NCBI GenBank assembly: GCA_016783605.1
Contig: JADHWG010000002.1
Location: 107-64,106 of the forward strand
DNA from: Candidatus Omnitrophota bacterium
GTDB lineage: Bacteria; Omnitrophota; Gorgyraeia; Tantalellales; Tantalellaceae
Direction of reading: 5' to 3'
Length of the DNA: 64,000 nt
Positions 62,204 through 64,000 of the stretch are shown here, piece by piece. Below the pieces are notes generated by a model. The model searched no databases. It was not told the DNA's origin and saw only the letters and a program-made list of their open reading frames with translations. How positions within the stretch are numbered: position 1 is the stretch's first letter; each line of letters begins with the position of its first letter. The translations under genes were made by a program, and so were the position numbers.

Positions 62204-64000
62204 ATGACACTGTTCTCGAAAATTAAAATTAGTGTGTTAGCGTTAGTTTTGTTTTCTGTTTGCACCGTAGTGCGCGCGGATGATGGTGATATTTTTGTTG
62301 AATATCCAAGCGAAAACTTGATGCGAAAAATTCAGACTAATGGTTTTATCTATGAGTATTTCGACGAAGCCGAATATAGCAACGAATGGAGTACATGGGG
62401 CAGATCCATTTTAGCATACGAAGAAATTGACGGCGAGTGGCAATATAAGACGTGGGATTGGGAAACATTTGCTGGAGACGGACAGGTTTTCTTAACGGAG
62501 TACGTCGGAGATTATGTGTTAGAAGCCAATACAAGCGCGGCTTTAAGCGGGGTATCAACGTCCGAAAGAAGAATCAGTTACTTATACGACCACAAAGATA
62601 ATTGGGGAGTGGATACCGCAGACAACGGCTGGATCGAAAGAGAAAAAACTATTTATGATACCGACGGTGAAAAGGTTCTTGAAAAATATTTGCGAAATGC
62701 TAACGACCTTTTGGTGAAGGATATCCACACGGATACGAATGTCTATTACGTTTATGAGTATCATGATGTCGCCGGCATGGAAGAAGTTATTCACTACAAA
62801 AAGAAGTATGTTTATGACGAAGCGGATGAGGCGGATATTTTATCCGGAAACGCGGGAATTTTTGTGGATTCACTTGAGTATATCGACACTGATTATACGG
62901 TAAGGTGGGGAGCGAACGGGAAGATAACCACACTGCATGTTGATGGAGATAATTCTTACAATAACACTTATTTGGATCCGTCTGACGGAATATTTCACAT
63001 ATACAATTGGAATGATTCGTGGGAACTTATTAGTGTACGTAAAGAGCATCCGGACGGGACGGTTGAAATCTGTATTCCTGATGATCCGGAAGATACGGTT
63101 TGGCCGCTTCTTAAAAAACGTGTGCCTTCGGATGGTTTTATTAAGGGAGTTAACCTTCCGTGGATCCATTATGGATACGATATGGGGATGCGAACGGAAA
63201 CAGGGGATTATGACGGATATTCGAAAAATCTTAATGAGTTATACGGGAAAATGGATAAACATAAAGGAGATTGTGTAAGACTGTTTTTGTTCGCGGATCT
63301 TAGAGTCGGTGTGGATTTTGACGCGAGTGGTAATCCCGTAAAATTTACGGACAGAGTATATGAAGACATGAACGCGCTTTTAGATTGCGCCAGCGCTTTA
63401 GGGATAAAGCTTATTCCTGTTTTGTTTGACTATATGATAGCTGATGGAGTATCAGGTCCGGGATTTGGAGAACATCCGGATGTAATAACCGATCCCGCGA
63501 AAAGAGGTCTTCTTGTCAACTTATTCAAAGAGTTTATTCAGGAATTCGGAGATCATGAGTCAATTTACGCGTGGGACATAATGAATGAACCGGAATGTTC
63601 GAATATCAACATAGCGGATCTTCAGAATTTTGTGACGGCGTTTACGACAATGATACACACGGAAACTTCAAAAGCGAAAGTTACAGTTGGGAGTTTAGAC
63701 AAAGAAAGCATGCAGGATCATTGGATTGATGTTGGACTCGACATTTATCAGTTTCACTATTACGACAAAATGGGGAGCCCTGAAGAATATTTAACTTCGA
63801 TCCAAGATCTTGGTAAGCCCGTGATCGCGGGTGAAATCGGCGCGACAAACGTCGCGGACAAACTAAGTGTTTTAAGGCAAAACGGATACGATGGAGGACT
63901 TTTTTGGCAAGATGAACAAGCTGGAGATGAGTTTACAATAAGCGAAGAGGAATACGAAGTGATAGATAACTGGTTCTATGGAACAACGTACACGTATTAT
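62204..64000 (+). CDS. Secreted protein with N-terminal YD-like repeats and a C-terminal clan GH-A (GH5-like) glycoside hydrolase domain; partial, runs off the window
   Basis: The frame was read manually and has no stop for 599 codons. A GGAG RBS precedes the ATG. The signal peptide is MTLFSKIKISVLALVLFSVCTVVRA. The acid/base motif WDIMNEPE is at about 63570-63593 and the nucleophile motif VIAGEIG at about 63820-63840, typical of a (beta/alpha)8 GH5/GH26-type barrel. Confidence 0.8.
   Translation, partial: MTLFSKIKISVLALVLFSVCTVVRADDGDIFVEYPSENLMRKIQTNGFIYEYFDEAEYSNEWSTWGRSILAYEEIDGEWQYKTWDWETFAGDGQVFLTEYVGDYVLEANTSAALSGVSTSERRISYLYDHKDNWGVDTADNGWIEREKTIYDTDGEKVLEKYLRNANDLLVKDIHTDTNVYYVYEYHDVAGMEEVIHYKKKYVYDEADEADILSGNAGIFVDSLEYIDTDYTVRWGANGKITTLHVDGDNSYNNTYLDPSDGIFHIYNWNDSWELISVRKEHPDGTVEICIPDDPEDTVWPLLKKRVPSDGFIKGVNLPWIHYGYDMGMRTETGDYDGYSKNLNELYGKMDKHKGDCVRLFLFADLRVGVDFDASGNPVKFTDRVYEDMNALLDCASALGIKLIPVLFDYMIADGVSGPGFGEHPDVITDPAKRGLLVNLFKEFIQEFGDHESIYAWDIMNEPECSNINIADLQNFVTAFTTMIHTETSKAKVTVGSLDKESMQDHWIDVGLDIYQFHYYDKMGSPEEYLTSIQDLGKPVIAGEIGATNVADKLSVLRQNGYDGGLFWQDEQAGDEFTISEEEYEVIDNWFYGTTYTYY

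Noticed and set aside
1-64000. Transposases, integrases, phage genes, rRNA genes, riboswitch-like conserved leaders
   Set aside because: None was recognised by eye. The mobile-looking features are all nonautonomous repeats. Presence elsewhere in the genome, outside this window, cannot be excluded.

Overview
This 64-kb window comes from a low-GC (about 40%) uncultivated bacterium with almost every gene on the + strand. The housekeeping gene set, the very dense intergenic repeats and the giant ORFs are most consistent with an Omnitrophota-like or similar nanobacterial lineage; that assignment is an inference, not shown by a search. Two paralogous giant multi-pass membrane-protein genes (3585 aa at 1746-12503 and 5204 aa at 43636-59250) bracket the housekeeping block. 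They share a conserved N-terminal module of about 500 aa and a C-terminal module of about 430 aa around divergent, repeat-rich central regions (PKD, CBM-like, GH-A-like barrel, YD-like repeats, many TM helices). They are the main candidate for a new system. The housekeeping block contains era, mgtE, purH, folC, mnmE, folE, a DUF212 protein, a LysM L,D-transpeptidase, accA, gpmI, speH-speB, leuS, a glutaminyl-cyclase-like gene and comEA-comEC. It also contains an RsbW-like kinase, a phosphorylatable STAS protein, mlaE, mlaF, mlaD and a CHASE2-PP2C phosphatase in one string, plus tRNA-Ala(GGC) and tRNA-Leu(CAA) with divergent consensus promoters. Several type II TA modules are present: RelB/RelE, HicA/HicB plus a third gene, two MNT/HepT pairs (one cut by the window edge), Fic, a HipB-like HTH with a HipA N-terminal remnant, and an orphan BrnA-like antitoxin. 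The window ends in a partial secreted GH5-like (clan GH-A) gene. Intergenic DNA holds at least five families of palindromic repeat elements. One complete element is inserted in frame inside the second giant gene, in the manner of Rickettsia palindromic elements, and inverted copies of another family flank a two-gene cassette. No transposase, integrase, CRISPR array, rRNA or phage gene was seen. Coordinates of features not taken from the ORF track were counted by hand and may be off by 1-2 nt.
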